Positions 1 through 10,930 of a DNA stretch of 64,000 nt are shown here, in pieces. The position numbers were made by a program, and so were the translations under genes. This stretch comes from Reichenbachiella faecimaris (lineage in GTDB: Bacteria; Bacteroidota; Bacteroidia; Cytophagales; Cyclobacteriaceae), in the NCBI RefSeq assembly GCF_900176375.1, contig NZ_FWYF01000001.1, positions 1,062,449 to 1,126,448 on the forward strand, given 5' to 3'. Position 1 is the first letter of the stretch, and every line of letters begins with the position of its first letter. Below the pieces are notes generated by a model. That model worked only from the letters and a program-made list of their open reading frames with translations. It searched no databases and had not been told where the DNA came from.

Positions 1-1482
1 GGTGCGGAAAATTATGGCACACTCAGTTATGTAGTGGAGTCTCCTCATGAGCATGGAGTGATCTGGACAGGTAGTGATGATGGATATGTGCAACTGACCA
101 AAAATGGTGGTACCAGTTGGGCGAATGTCACTCCTAAAAAACTACAAGAATGTTTGATCAATACCATTGATGTATCATCTCACCATCCAGCCAGTGCTTA
201 CATAGCTACCACCAGATATAAGTTCAATGACCACAGTCCCGGGCTCTATAAAACCAAAGATTATGGTAAGACGTGGACTAATATTTCTAATGGCATTCCC
301 AACGGAGCCTACACCCGAGTCGTACGCGAAGACCCTGTAATCAAGGGATTGTTGTATGCTGGGACAGAACTGGGCATTTATGTCTCTTGGGACGATGGCT
401 CCACATGGCAATCCTTGCAATTGAATATGCCCGTGGTTCCTATTAATGATTTGACGGTAAAAGGTAACGATTTGGTAGTTGCTACTTCTGGACGTTCATT
501 TTGGATATTAGATGATTTGGGCTTGATCCGTCAATGGAAAAATCAAGAGAAAAATAAACTCTTCAAGCCATCAAATGCCATTATAGGTGAATGGTACAGT
601 AGCCTAAATAGCAGTGGGCCAGAAGTAAAAGGTACTGACGCAACCGCTGGAGTTAACCCTGCCAATGGTGTAACCATTTACTACCACTTGGCTGATACAG
701 CAGATGTGATGCTAACGATAAAAGATGAAAAGGGAAATGTGCTACGAAAATTCAGCTCTATCGGTGACGACTCCTTTCTAAGCTATCCAGGCGGCCCTTC
801 AGCAGCGCCTACTTTATCAGCGGAAAAAGGCTTAAACAGATTTGTTTGGGATATGCACGTGGCCACAATGAAGGGTGCCCCAACTGCTTATATTGAAGGT
901 GGTTATCAAGGGCATAAAGTCCCGCCTTCCAATTATAATCTGGTGCTGTCTGCCGGGAGTTTTAAGGACAGTGTGGAGTGCACCATTGAACCTAACCCTC
1001 TCTATAAGGTAACAGCAGAAGAATATGCAAGCTATCACAGCTATATGATTGAAATGGAGGCTACATTCAATGATATGCATGAAAAAGTGAATACTATCAT
1101 GACCATGCGCAATCAGCTTGATGAGGTACTTGTTTTTTTGACTAATGACACTTCAAAAATGGAGATAAAAATTAAAGGCGACTTGCTAAGAAAACGAATG
1201 AAGGACTGGGACGATCTAATGATCCAAAGAAAAGCGAAAGCCTATGATGACGTAGAGAATTATGAAAACAAATTTACGGCAGAGTATCTTTTTCTGATCA
1301 ATCAAACCTATGGCCCTCAGGCTAAAATCACAAGCAGTTCAAAAACCAGACGAAAAGAACTAGAGGAGCAATGGAAAAAACTAAATGAAACAGCAGTTTC
1401 AATTATTGAAGAAGAAATTCCGGCATTTAATCAAATACTTTGGGAAGCAGGTATAGGGGCAGTCAGGGTGAAGAAGAAGTAA
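1..1482 (+). CDS. BNR/Asp-box repeat protein (sortilin/Ycf48-like glycoside-hydrolase-like beta-propeller), C-terminal portion; the 5-prime end lies upstream of the window
   Basis: The reading frame is open from base 1. There are repeated S-x-D-x-G-x-T-W Asp-box motifs ([31 protein letters not shown]). Confidence 0.6.
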   Translation, partial: GAENYGTLSYVVESPHEHGVIWTGSDDGYVQLTKNGGTSWANVTPKKLQECLINTIDVSSHHPASAYIATTRYKFNDHSPGLYKTKDYGKTWTNISNGIPNGAYTRVVREDPVIKGLLYAGTELGIYVSWDDGSTWQSLQLNMPVVPINDLTVKGNDLVVATSGRSFWILDDLGLIRQWKNQEKNKLFKPSNAIIGEWYSSLNSSGPEVKGTDATAGVNPANGVTIYYHLADTADVMLTIKDEKGNVLRKFSSIGDDSFLSYPGGPSAAPTLSAEKGLNRFVWDMHVATMKGAPTAYIEGGYQGHKVPPSNYNLVLSAGSFKDSVECTIEPNPLYKVTAEEYASYHSYMIEMEATFNDMHEKVNTIMTMRNQLDEVLVFLTNDTSKMEIKIKGDLLRKRMKDWDDLMIQRKAKAYDDVENYENKFTAEYLFLINQTYGPQAKITSSSKTRRKELEEQWKKLNETAVSIIEEEIPAFNQILWEAGIGAVRVKKK

Positions 1483-1484
1483 TT

Positions 1485-2012
1485 TCATTTGCTTCTCATC
1501 TCCTGCAATAGCCCTTTAATATCACGAAGTAAGGAAACTACCTCAGAAGATTCTTTCGTAAGATCTTCTGACGACTTTCTGTTAGACAGCTTTTCCCTTT
1601 GAGCAAGCACTGCGTCTTTGAAGGCACCAGCCTCAATGATCCCCACAAGTTGCATATCGCTTTTCATGGGATGACCTTGGCTGGCAGTTTCTATTTTGAG
1701 AATTTTAAGTTGAAGCATTTTGAGCAGAGGATTTTCAATAAACGTCAGATCTTGAATATTTTCTAAAGGAATCGTTTTCTCTACTTTGAACATCACACCT
1801 TTTTTAAATTGGAGATGATGGGACGTCAGTGAACAACTTAAACTTTCATAATACCTTCTACTGATATATTGGCCTAAGCCCAAAAACCAAATGGGTAATA
1901 ATACAATTCCAAAAACAGATAAGGTAATGAAAAAGGAAACTATCAATAAAGTGTAAAGTTTGATATTGGGGCTAAATGCTGCTATAAGTAATGGTTGTGT
2001 AGATTTTGACAT
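1485..2012 (-). CDS. bPH_2 (YdbS/DUF304-like) membrane protein
   Basis: Two predicted TM helices precede a bacterial PH-like segment (FKVEKTIPLENIQDLTFIENPLLKMLQLKILKIETAS). The track ORF begins with TTG at 2117. The likely ATG start (MSKSTQ) is at 2012. Confidence 0.45.
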   Translation of the reverse strand: MSKSTQPLLIAAFSPNIKLYTLLIVSFFITLSVFGIVLLPIWFLGLGQYISRRYYESLSCSLTSHHLQFKKGVMFKVEKTIPLENIQDLTFIENPLLKMLQLKILKIETASQGHPMKSDMQLVGIIEAGAFKDAVLAQREKLSNRKSSEDLTKESSEVVSLLRDIKGLLQEMRSK

Positions 2013-2138
2013 ATACGATCCAGATTTTGAGTTTTCGAAAGATATAAAACATTCGTCAATCACCCTACCCTGTGCCGAGCTTGTATAATTTTGAAAGACA
2101 CACTTTAATTGATCCAAAAGAACGTCTATTATTGTACT

Positions 2139-3860
2139 ATGCTGTTCAATCGACTCAATATTGGCAATAAATTGGCGCTCATTATAATTGGGTTGTCACT
2201 AGCTGTATCAGCCTTCTTATCTTATTTGTTTTATGTACAGTTTGATGCTGCCCTGAAGGAAAGGGTACTACTTCAGCTCTCTTCAGTGAAGCAGCTCAAG
2301 ATTGTGAAAATTAGAAAAGAGCTCAATGAAAGATACGACGCCTTCAGCATGCGTTCTAAAAGCCCCAATGATACAGAACCATCAGCACTTTTTTTTCACG
2401 AAGGCATCTATGCATCACTTCCAGATTCACTTCTTGGCTACCCCATAGCCAGTATGCTCAGTGAAGTGGGGCGTAGCATCACCATGTTTGACCTGACACA
2501 TCACAACCCATCCCATGAAATCACCATTGGGCTGGTCACTCAAATTAATGGTGGTTTTTTGATTGCATTGGCCGAAGAGCCTGAAATTCAAGGCATTCTC
2601 TTGGAGCGAACTGGGCTTGGACAAACTGGGGAATCCTATATTGTGGGGAGCGATTATAAACTAAGAACCAAATCTAGATTTCTGAAAGACAGCCCAAAGA
2701 ATGTCACAGTAAAATCAGATGGTGTCATCCGCGCATTCGAGAATCAACCTGGTGAAGATTTGATTTATGATTACCGAGGCACGCAGGTATTTAGTAGTTA
2801 CGAAAAAATAGAATTGAGTGGCCTCAAATGGGTTATCCTAACAGAAATCAACCATCAGGAGGCTCTATTCCCTTTGGAGGAATTAAAAAACAAACTGATG
2901 ATCATGCTTCTGGTGATCATCCTAATTGTACCAATTGGCTCCTATTATTTATCAAATAAAATGGTTCGCCCAATTGTGGAAATGGAACAAAAACTGATCG
3001 ACATGTCAAAGGGCATCCTAGACCCCATCAAATCAACTCAAACCAGACACGATGAGATTGGACACATGTTTGAAGCACTTAATAAATTGGTAAATGCATT
3101 GAACGAAACGATTGTCTTTGCAGGGAAAATCGGAGCAGGTAATTTTCATGCTTCATACCAACTACTTAGTGAAGACGACAAACTCGGTCAGGCCCTGATG
3201 CAGATGAAAGAAAAGTTACAAGAGTACCAGAAAAATGAGCAACATCTACTACTTGAAAATCAAAGATCCATTCTAAATGGAGAAGAAGGAGAGCGCTCAC
3301 GCTTGTCTAAAGAAATGCACGACGGCCTAGGCCCCATGCTCACCACTATGAAAATGAGTATTCAGTCTGCAGAGCTTTCCCCTTCTACCAAAAAAAGTTT
3401 ATTGAACCAAACAGATGAGACGATCAGAGAAGTTCGACGCATGTCGAATAACCTGATGCCAAGCGTGTTGGCGGATTTTGGTGCAGGTGAAGCCATTGGC
3501 AATTTGGTGGATCAGATCAATGAAAGTTCTAACATTAGAATTCGCTACAAAAATGACATGCCTAGCGAAGCCAAGATTGATGATTCAATACAAATCACCT
3601 TGTACCGCATTGCTCAAGAGTCTCTAAACAATGCCATCAAGCATTCTAAAGCCAAGGAGATCAAACTATCTATAACAGCTTTCGACAATCGCGTAAGTTT
3701 CTATGTTTCAGATAATGGTGTAGGCTTTGACCCAGAAAAAAACACCAAAGGCAATGGACTTCGCAATATGAAGGAACGTGTTAAATTAGCCAATGGTACA
3801 CTAGAAATTGAAAGCCAATCTAATGGCACCACTTTAGAAATCGAAATTCCAATCGAATGA
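2139..3860 (+). CDS. Sensor histidine kinase, NarL-type (periplasmic Cache-like domain, HAMP, HisKA_3, HATPase_c)
   Basis: There is an N-terminal TM, a ~250-aa extracytoplasmic segment and a second TM. The HisKA_3 H-box is EERSRLSKEMHDGLGP and the C-terminus has an N/G-box (NAIKHS...DNGVGF...GNGLRNM). The track start at 2109 is TTG. ATG at 2139 (MLFNRL) is the more likely start. Confidence 0.8.
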   Translation: MLFNRLNIGNKLALIIIGLSLAVSAFLSYLFYVQFDAALKERVLLQLSSVKQLKIVKIRKELNERYDAFSMRSKSPNDTEPSALFFHEGIYASLPDSLLGYPIASMLSEVGRSITMFDLTHHNPSHEITIGLVTQINGGFLIALAEEPEIQGILLERTGLGQTGESYIVGSDYKLRTKSRFLKDSPKNVTVKSDGVIRAFENQPGEDLIYDYRGTQVFSSYEKIELSGLKWVILTEINHQEALFPLEELKNKLMIMLLVIILIVPIGSYYLSNKMVRPIVEMEQKLIDMSKGILDPIKSTQTRHDEIGHMFEALNKLVNALNETIVFAGKIGAGNFHASYQLLSEDDKLGQALMQMKEKLQEYQKNEQHLLLENQRSILNGEEGERSRLSKEMHDGLGPMLTTMKMSIQSAELSPSTKKSLLNQTDETIREVRRMSNNLMPSVLADFGAGEAIGNLVDQINESSNIRIRYKNDMPSEAKIDDSIQITLYRIAQESLNNAIKHSKAKEIKLSITAFDNRVSFYVSDNGVGFDPEKNTKGNGLRNMKERVKLANGTLEIESQSNGTTLEIEIPIE

Positions 3861-4486
3861 GTAAGATTAAAATCATAGTAGCAGACGATCATCAGTTATT
3901 TCGGGAAGGCATTATTGCTTTGCTCGCAAAAAACGACTCGCTGGACATTATTGGCGAAGCTGCATCTGCCAATGAGTTATTTGAATTGATGGACAAAAGC
4001 GTGCCGCACGTCGTACTGATGGATATTTCCATGCCAGAAACCAATGGATTGGATGCCATCAAAGTAGCCAAAGACAAATATCCAGAATGCAAATTTATCG
4101 TGCTCACTATGCATGCAGAAGGTCAGTATGTGGTGAAAGCCGTACGCAATGGTGCTTTTGGCTATCTGATCAAAAACGCAGACGAGAACGAATTGATAGC
4201 TGCCATTGAAGCTGTGGCATTGGGTAAAAAATACTTCAATAGTGAAATCTCACAACTCATGATAGGTAATATGGCTCTGGAGGGGGAATCGCACAAAAAA
4301 CTTTCTGATCGTGAAATGGAAGTACTGGAATTGGTATCAGAAGGACGAACCACCAAAGAAATCGCAGATCAATTGTTTGTAAGTGCCAGGACTGTGGACA
4401 CACATCGGGTGAATATGATGAAAAAGCTAAGTGTACAAAACACAGCCGAATTGATCAAAAAAGCTGCTCACCTCAAGCTCATCTAG
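3857..4486 (+). CDS. Response regulator, NarL/LuxR family (REC + LuxR-type HTH)
   Basis: The REC domain has IVADDH...D...LMDISMPETNG and the C-terminal HTH is LSDREMEVLELVSEGRTTKEIADQLFVSARTVDTHR. The start overlaps the kinase stop (ATGA), so the two genes are translationally coupled. Confidence 0.85.
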   Translation: MSKIKIIVADDHQLFREGIIALLAKNDSLDIIGEAASANELFELMDKSVPHVVLMDISMPETNGLDAIKVAKDKYPECKFIVLTMHAEGQYVVKAVRNGAFGYLIKNADENELIAAIEAVALGKKYFNSEISQLMIGNMALEGESHKKLSDREMEVLELVSEGRTTKEIADQLFVSARTVDTHRVNMMKKLSVQNTAELIKKAAHLKLI

Positions 4487-4609
4487 CCCTCCGTATTTAT
4501 ACTGACTGAAGAATACAAATATTTGCAGAGATAGGCATATCCGACAAAAAACTAACTTAGTAGCTTGAAATCAGGCATTATATCGCTAATTTCAACTAAA
4601 GTTTGAACT

Positions 4610-5860
4610 ATGCACATATTCGACATCATAGCTGTACTAATCTTTTTTTCTGGATTATTCATTTTCGTTAATACTTTCTACCTCAAACTACCCTCCTCTA
4701 TTGGATTGAGTATTTTGGCACTATTGCTTTCTTTTATAGTCCTCATTTTCGGCAAGGTATTTCCTGAATTTCATCTGGCAGAGCAAGTAAAGGCCTATGA
4801 CATGGAAGATGTGCTGGTGCGATTCGTGCTGAGTGTGATGTTATTTGCTGGTGCTTTAAATATTGATTTTGGGAAATTGGGAGATCAACTTGTCCCAGTT
4901 ATTGTACTAGCGTTTCTCGGCGTTCTCATATCAACTTTTGTTATCGGGACATTGGTCTACTACTTGCTGGATTTTATGAACATAGAGTTAGGCTACATTG
5001 GCTGCCTCATTTTTGGTGCACTCATTTCATCAACCGACCCCGTGGCCATTACCAAAATCATTCATAGGCACAAACTTTCAGTAGAATTAGAAAACAAAAT
5101 ATCAGGAGAAGCTCTGCTTAATGGTGGCATTGCGATTGTGCTGGCGTTGGTTCTTGTAAGTTTATTTAGAGAACAAGCCGTAGTGGGTACACTTAGTATT
5201 GGTAGCTCCATTTGGGTATTTTTAAGAGAATTAGGAGGTGGTTTAATCGTTGGACTTTTCTTTGGATGGCTTGGATATCAAGCTTTAAAATATATTGACA
5301 ATGACGAAGCACAGGTCGAAGTACTGATTACCATGGCCTTGGTGATGGTAGGCTCTTATATCGCCAACTATCTCAATGTATCGTCCATGCTTGTGGCTGT
5401 CATGTCTGGTTTGGTGATTCGCAACTCTGAAAAATCTGCTGATGGAGAAAGTGCGGTAGGTTATTATGTATTCAAATTCTGGCAACTGATGGAGGAATCT
5501 TTGGCAGCTATGTTATTTGTTCTCATAGGGTTCGAAATGCTTGTTATTCCTTTGAGACTCGATTACTTCGCAGCTGGATTCTTTGCTCTGAACATCGTAT
5601 TATTTGCCCGTTGGGTGAGTGTCTTCCTCCCGATCAAAATGATGTCTTCCAGTCATGCATTTGACAAAGGCACTATATCCGTACTTTCATGGGGCGCGTT
5701 GCGGGGAGGATTGCCCGTTGCGGTGTCATTGGCTCTCTCTGATTTTCCTGGACAGGAAATCATTGTCACCATGACCTATGTGGTGGTGGTATGTTCTGTG
5801 ATTTATCAAGGATTTACCCTTGGTCATGTAGTCAGATCTTACCAGTCTCAGCAGTTATAA
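4610..5860 (+). CDS. Na+/H+ (cation:proton) antiporter, CPA1/NhaP-like
   Basis: The protein has about 11-12 TM helices and conserved NhaP-type segments (FGALISSTDPVA, GEALLNGGIAIVLA). Confidence 0.7.
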   Translation: MHIFDIIAVLIFFSGLFIFVNTFYLKLPSSIGLSILALLLSFIVLIFGKVFPEFHLAEQVKAYDMEDVLVRFVLSVMLFAGALNIDFGKLGDQLVPVIVLAFLGVLISTFVIGTLVYYLLDFMNIELGYIGCLIFGALISSTDPVAITKIIHRHKLSVELENKISGEALLNGGIAIVLALVLVSLFREQAVVGTLSIGSSIWVFLRELGGGLIVGLFFGWLGYQALKYIDNDEAQVEVLITMALVMVGSYIANYLNVSSMLVAVMSGLVIRNSEKSADGESAVGYYVFKFWQLMEESLAAMLFVLIGFEMLVIPLRLDYFAAGFFALNIVLFARWVSVFLPIKMMSSSHAFDKGTISVLSWGALRGGLPVAVSLALSDFPGQEIIVTMTYVVVVCSVIYQGFTLGHVVRSYQSQQL

Positions 5861-6061
5861 ATCTGACCATTATATTTCAAAATATTCATTTCTCAATAAG
5901 GCCATGACCCAATGCCTAAAGATGTTTCATCATCAAATTCGAAATTTTGTCCCATTCGGATAAAATCCTATTAGCAGTCGCCAATTTATTACTTGATAGT
6001 ACTTCTTAAAGCATAGAATTTACGGTTTGTAAAAATTATTTTTTCATTAACCAACAAATCT

Positions 6062-9000
6062 ATGAGAGGTATTTTATCTATTATGATGACCATCTTGTTG
6101 TCATTTATTATCAACCAGCAAAGTCTTTTGGCACAAACCAGCGGCATCAGCTGTGGAACTTCCCAAGCGATGGAAGAGCTATACAAAGCGAGGCCTGAAG
6201 CAGCAAAAAAGGCTCAGGAGTTCAATCAATTTACCAAAACATTTGAGGTACAGCAGTCGGCACAACGCAAGGCCGCTTCTGGCTATACCATACCCGTAGT
6301 TTTCCATGTATTTGGTTCGGATTTTCAAGGTGCTTCTGTGACACAGTCCATCATTGAAGATGCGCTACAAAAAACAAATGAAGATTTCAATGGACTTAAC
6401 CCTGATTACGGCGACGTGTCAGCCTATTTCAGTGGCAGAAAATCAACATTGGATATTGATTTTGCTTTAGCCAAAATTGACCCTAATGGAAACGCAACTA
6501 CTGGCATCACTTTCAACTCAGCCAGATCTGGGTTTGGAAATGGAGGAGGGTATGACAGTCAAATCCAGCAATATGCCTGGGACAACAACAAGTATATGAA
6601 CATCTACATCATGTTGGACTTGTACGATGATGGTGCCACTAACAACTCTGGTGTAGCCTGGTATCCAGATCAGTGGATGACAGACAATAATCTCGCTCGT
6701 GTGGTGTACAATGGTCGCTATCTGGGAACAAACACTAGTGAAAATTTCAGAAGAGTGCTAACTCATGAATTTGGACACTACTTGAATCTGGCGCATACCT
6801 TTGACAATGGCTGTTCCGCTCCTGGAGACCATGTGAGCGATACGCCATCTACCACTTCCAACTCTGGAACTTGTAACTATACAGTAGAAACCTGTAGTGG
6901 TGCCGGACCCGCCAATGGCGAAAATTTCATGGATTACTCTGAGTGCTATCGGATGTTTACCCAAGGTCAAGTAGCACGTATGGAAGCTGCCTTAAATCAT
7001 TCGGCCAGACAGCCACTCTGGCAAGCTTCGAACTTAGTCGCAACAGGAGTGGATGGTATAGGTGCGCACGTGCTATTGGCCTCTTCTTCTTTTTCAGAAG
7101 ATCAAACCAATGATGGCACGATAAACGGTCAAACCAGTATCACAGCCGAAAATGGAGCTTCGTTCGCAGCTTCTGGAACCCTGACTGAGGGCATACACTA
7201 CACGACAACAAACTTACCCAATGGCCTGAATATTTCTATTACAGTCACCAATAGCACAACAGCTACTTTCAATATCTCCGGTGCGGCAAATAATCACAGC
7301 CAGTCCAATAGTCTGAATGATCTCTCTGTCACTTTTCTTGATCCAACTATTACAGGAGGTGCAAATAGTCTATTCAGCCCTACGCTCACCATGTCCATCG
7401 AATTTATTGATCCCTATCAAATTGTGTACGAAGACATGACAGATGTATCTGCCAGTGCCTCTGCCACTTGGACGTATTTTACAATCAATACAGGTGGGCA
7501 TGCTTATGGCGCCTGGTATGATAATGGGAAATTAAGATTAGAAACCTACACCAAATCAATGATTTGTGAAGGCTCTTCGAGAAATCTTACCAAGCTAGAT
7601 TTCGGAGACCCTATCAATGCTACGTCTAATTGGGTGGCCGGTGGCGCATATCCTGATGAACATGATATACGATCCAATCAATACACGGTCTGGGATGGCT
7701 CTTCTGGGTATCTAGGGTTTCAAGTAACCAATAATCAGGGTTTGAATATCAATGGATGGTTCAGCATAACAGTGGCGGCCAATGGCAACTCATTCACCAT
7801 TCATGACTATGCCTACAATGAAGATCCTAACGGTACCATTACTGCGGGCCAAACTACAGCAAATACAGGAAACCCTCCTGTGGCAGCCTTTTCAGCTTCT
7901 TCCACCATAATCATTGAAGGGGAATCAATTTCTTTTACAGACGAATCCACCCACACACCTACGAGTTGGAGTTGGGCATTTGAGGGAGGTACGCCTGCGA
8001 CAAGCACTAATCAAAATCCAGAAGTAACTTATACTACAGCTGGAGTCTATGAAGTGACCCTGAATGCATCAAATTCGAGTGGAAATGACAGCATCACAAT
8101 GACTGACTACATCACTGTAAACGAAGCTACTGGTTCAGCGTATTGTGAATCTGCCGGAAGTCGTGTCTCTTATGAATGGATTGCGAATGTGACCCTGAAT
8201 AATTTCTCCAATCCTTCGGACGCACAACTCTATTCAGATTTTACGAATCAAACTATATCAATTACCAAAGGACAAAGTCATGCAGTTGCACTGACCCCAG
8301 GATTCTCTGGATCAGCGTACAACGAGTACTTCAAGATCTGGATTGATTACAACCAAGATGGTGACTTTGAAGATGCAGGTGAAGTGGCCTTTGATGCAGG
8401 GGCCGCTTCCAACACCACAGTCAATGGATCCATTATACCTCCAACTTCAGCATTATTAGGTAGCACAAGAATGCGAGTCTCCATGAAGTATAATTCCGCC
8501 CCTACCTACTGTGGCAATCTGGGTGATGGTGAGGTAGAGGATTATACAGTCAATATAAGCAATGACACCACTCCACCTGCCGAATACTGTGAAGTCACCA
8601 ATGGTGCACCTAATGGTCAGTATATCAAAAGATTTCAATTCGGGAATATAGATAACAGCTCCAACTATGAAAATGGAGGGTATTCAGATTTCACCTCCCA
8701 AACGACTACTATTCAAGCTGGCTCACCCACTTCTATGACGATCACACCACACAACACTTGGGGAGCTACAGGAGCAAAAGCATGGATAGACTGGAACAGA
8801 GATGGTGACTTTAATGATGCGAATGAAGAAGTGCTGTCTGGGTCAGGAAGTGGCGGAAGCTACAGTGCCACTGTAAGTGTGCCAGCTGGTGCAGTTGATG
8901 GAATAACCAGACTCCGTATTCGTGCGCTTTATAGTGGCACAGCTACTCCTTGTGACGATGAATACTTCAGCGAGGTGGAGGATTATTCTATAGATGTGAA

Positions 9001-9286
9001 TACTGGAGTCACAGGGCCTACTGACAACATAGGTGTATATGGCAATGTAAAGCTCTATCCAAACCCATTTAAGGATTTCATTCAATTGGATCTGACGGAT
9101 TTTTCTGCTGAAGAAGTTGAGATTACTTTATTTGATCTCACTGGTGCAATAAAATATCAACAGAGGATATCTTCTACAGAAAGTCATTTAAGAATTGGGA
9201 CAAATTTGGAAGATGGGTTCTATGTCCTCCATGTAAAAACTGACCAATTACGCGAAGTACATCACATAGTTAAATCAGATCAATAA
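6062..9286 (+). CDS. Secreted M43B (ulilysin/cytophagalysin-type) zinc metalloprotease with PKD domain, two GEVED domains and a T9SS C-terminal sorting domain
   Basis: It has a signal peptide. The HEFGHYLNLAHTF motif (HExxHxxxxxH) is followed by CSAPGDHVSDTP, as in ulilysin. A PKD-like domain follows (PVAAF...YEVTLNASN). GEVEDYTVNI and SEVEDYSIDV are two GEVED domains. The C-terminus (KLYPNPFKDFIQLDL...FYVLHVKTD) matches a T9SS CTD. Confidence 0.8.
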   Translation: MRGILSIMMTILLSFIINQQSLLAQTSGISCGTSQAMEELYKARPEAAKKAQEFNQFTKTFEVQQSAQRKAASGYTIPVVFHVFGSDFQGASVTQSIIEDALQKTNEDFNGLNPDYGDVSAYFSGRKSTLDIDFALAKIDPNGNATTGITFNSARSGFGNGGGYDSQIQQYAWDNNKYMNIYIMLDLYDDGATNNSGVAWYPDQWMTDNNLARVVYNGRYLGTNTSENFRRVLTHEFGHYLNLAHTFDNGCSAPGDHVSDTPSTTSNSGTCNYTVETCSGAGPANGENFMDYSECYRMFTQGQVARMEAALNHSARQPLWQASNLVATGVDGIGAHVLLASSSFSEDQTNDGTINGQTSITAENGASFAASGTLTEGIHYTTTNLPNGLNISITVTNSTTATFNISGAANNHSQSNSLNDLSVTFLDPTITGGANSLFSPTLTMSIEFIDPYQIVYEDMTDVSASASATWTYFTINTGGHAYGAWYDNGKLRLETYTKSMICEGSSRNLTKLDFGDPINATSNWVAGGAYPDEHDIRSNQYTVWDGSSGYLGFQVTNNQGLNINGWFSITVAANGNSFTIHDYAYNEDPNGTITAGQTTANTGNPPVAAFSASSTIIIEGESISFTDESTHTPTSWSWAFEGGTPATSTNQNPEVTYTTAGVYEVTLNASNSSGNDSITMTDYITVNEATGSAYCESAGSRVSYEWIANVTLNNFSNPSDAQLYSDFTNQTISITKGQSHAVALTPGFSGSAYNEYFKIWIDYNQDGDFEDAGEVAFDAGAASNTTVNGSIIPPTSALLGSTRMRVSMKYNSAPTYCGNLGDGEVEDYTVNISNDTTPPAEYCEVTNGAPNGQYIKRFQFGNIDNSSNYENGGYSDFTSQTTTIQAGSPTSMTITPHNTWGATGAKAWIDWNRDGDFNDANEEVLSGSGSGGSYSATVSVPAGAVDGITRLRIRALYSGTATPCDDEYFSEVEDYSIDVNTGVTGPTDNIGVYGNVKLYPNPFKDFIQLDLTDFSAEEVEITLFDLTGAIKYQQRISSTESHLRIGTNLEDGFYVLHVKTDQLREVHHIVKSDQ

Positions 9287-9290
9287 TTAA

Positions 9291-9323
9291 AGAGAGAAAG
9301 CTGGTGATCCCAGCTTTCTCTCT
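9291..9323. terminator. Bidirectional rho-independent terminator between convergent genes
   Basis: A perfect 14-bp stem (agagagaaagctgg / ccagctttctctct) with a 5-nt loop sits between the protease stop (9286) and the manA stop (9337). There is an AT-rich tract on the minus-strand side. Confidence 0.55.
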
Positions 9324-9336
9324 TCTAAAATTCGTT

Positions 9337-10533
9337 TCAAGGTGTCGTAGCTTTATAGATAACCGCAGATGATGAAGAGTTTATTTCATAAGTACTCTCT
9401 GACTCCAAAAAGCAGGATTCACCTCTTTTTAATTTCAAAGCCAATGTACGTTCTGTAATTTCAATTTCACCGTCAATGACCATCAGAACCTCAGCAGTCT
9501 TCGCCTCAGATTTATAAGTAGTGCCTGCAGTCAGTTCAATTTTACTCAATTGAAAGTCTGGTGCTGGGCTTTTATAAATTCTTTCCAGTCCATCTGGTTG
9601 TAACTCACCTTTCATGATATGAGGGTGGGTTTTCTCAAAGGCTACATGTTTGAGTAATTCTGGCACGTCCACATGTTTTGGTGTAAGCCCTCCCCTGATC
9701 ACATTGTCTGAGTTTGCCATCAGTTCCATATTTTGGCCTTGCATGTAAGCATGCGGGATGCCAGCGTCTTGAAAGACTGCTTGTCCAGGCATCATCTTTA
9801 CAACGTTGAAAAAGTAGATGGAATAGAGTCCCTTGTCTATTTTATCATCTGAGCAAAAAGTCTTGTAGGCCTTTGCTGCCCAATAATCAGCAGAAGCCTT
9901 GTTCAATTCTCCGTCTTCGAACCTTTTTAAAACCCTGTTAATCAAAGGCTGAAGCACTTGATTAGTGGTCTCATCAGGTTCTTCCATCACATGTTGATAC
10001 AATCCTCTGTATCCAGCCTCTTCGAAAATCGAAACCAAGGGGGTCAATTCTTGCGTCGTTTGTAGCGTCTTCTTTAGCTCAGCTTCAGGCAAAAAACCAT
10101 GCAACAACCAAAACTCGCTCAAGGCCACCATGATTTCTGGCTTGTGGTTGTTGTCTTTATAATTTCTATTTGGGGCATCAAGTGCAATCCCCAATTCATT
10201 TTCATTGGCAAATCCCTTTTCAGCTTCTGCCTTGGTTGGATGCACCTGAATAGACAACATATCATTCACATCTAAGACTTTGAACAGAAAAGGTAATCGG
10301 CCAAATTTGGATTCAGTGATCTCACCCAACACCTCCTTGGCATTGGCTTCAATAAATGAGTCAAGGTTAGTCCCTGTGTCTGTTAAAACTGAAGGAGCAT
10401 TCACATGTGCCCCCAACCAATATTCTGCACAGGGCCTTCCCTCAGCTCGAATACCAAGCAAATTTGGAATGTAACTCTTCCCTCCCCAAGCGTAGTTTTG
10501 AACTTTCCCCTTAAGTGAATGTAATTTTGACAT
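9337..10533 (-). CDS. manA: Mannose-6-phosphate isomerase, class I
   Basis: It aligns along its length with type I PMI. Matching segments are VQNYAWGGKS, ELPFLFKVL-type (RLPFLFKVLDV), SIQVHP zinc ligands, NYKDNNHKPE, and ANSDNVIRGGLTPK. Confidence 0.85.
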   Translation of the reverse strand: MSKLHSLKGKVQNYAWGGKSYIPNLLGIRAEGRPCAEYWLGAHVNAPSVLTDTGTNLDSFIEANAKEVLGEITESKFGRLPFLFKVLDVNDMLSIQVHPTKAEAEKGFANENELGIALDAPNRNYKDNNHKPEIMVALSEFWLLHGFLPEAELKKTLQTTQELTPLVSIFEEAGYRGLYQHVMEEPDETTNQVLQPLINRVLKRFEDGELNKASADYWAAKAYKTFCSDDKIDKGLYSIYFFNVVKMMPGQAVFQDAGIPHAYMQGQNMELMANSDNVIRGGLTPKHVDVPELLKHVAFEKTHPHIMKGELQPDGLERIYKSPAPDFQLSKIELTAGTTYKSEAKTAEVLMVIDGEIEITERTLALKLKRGESCFLESESTYEINSSSSAVIYKATTP

Positions 10534-10692
10534 TAAATACCAATGTATGAATTTGTAGGTTTGGCGTGCAATTTAATAATGATTTAAGAAGGGTTTTGAA
10601 ATTATGGAAACTTAATAATTGTTCTTGTCAGAAATCGAATGGCACGAGCTCCACACCAGATCTAAAGTTAGAACTAATCCGAGCTGAAACGT

Positions 10693-10710
10693 TTGTGGCC
10701 CCTCCAGGAA
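10693..10710. repeat. Distal att direct repeat of the integrative element (ttgtggcccctccaggaa), a copy of the tRNA-Arg 3-prime end
   Basis: It is an exact 18-bp match to 25194..25211, which overlaps the 3-prime acceptor arm of the tRNA at 25197..25268. Confidence 0.7.
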
Positions 10711-10852
10711 ACCGTAAATATTTGAAACTCAGCTTAAAACCAGAATTTAGAAAAAAAATAATCAAACATTTCCATTAATTAGGTTATTCTCATTGTGGGA
10801 AGAAACGTTCTCTTAGACAATAAAACTCCAAAAACTTAATCAAGAACAACTT

Positions 10853-10889
10853 ATTAAACTAAATTACGTACAACATATTAAACTAAATT
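10853..10889 (+). promoter_or_regulatory. Pair of 13-bp direct repeats (attaaactaaatt) upstream of the Fic gene, a candidate operator or promoter element
   Basis: Copies are at 10853..10865 and 10877..10889, about 40 bp upstream of the ATG at 10931. Confidence 0.25.
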
Positions 10890-10930
10890 TAACGCATCAA
10901 TAAATACTTAAATAAACACAAACCTTATCA

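Noticed and set aside
10566-10778. 70-aa plus-strand ORF between manA and the Fic gene
   Set aside because: It spans the att repeat and the island boundary, has no RBS-like context and a low-complexity sequence. It is most likely a non-coding att or tRNA-remnant region.
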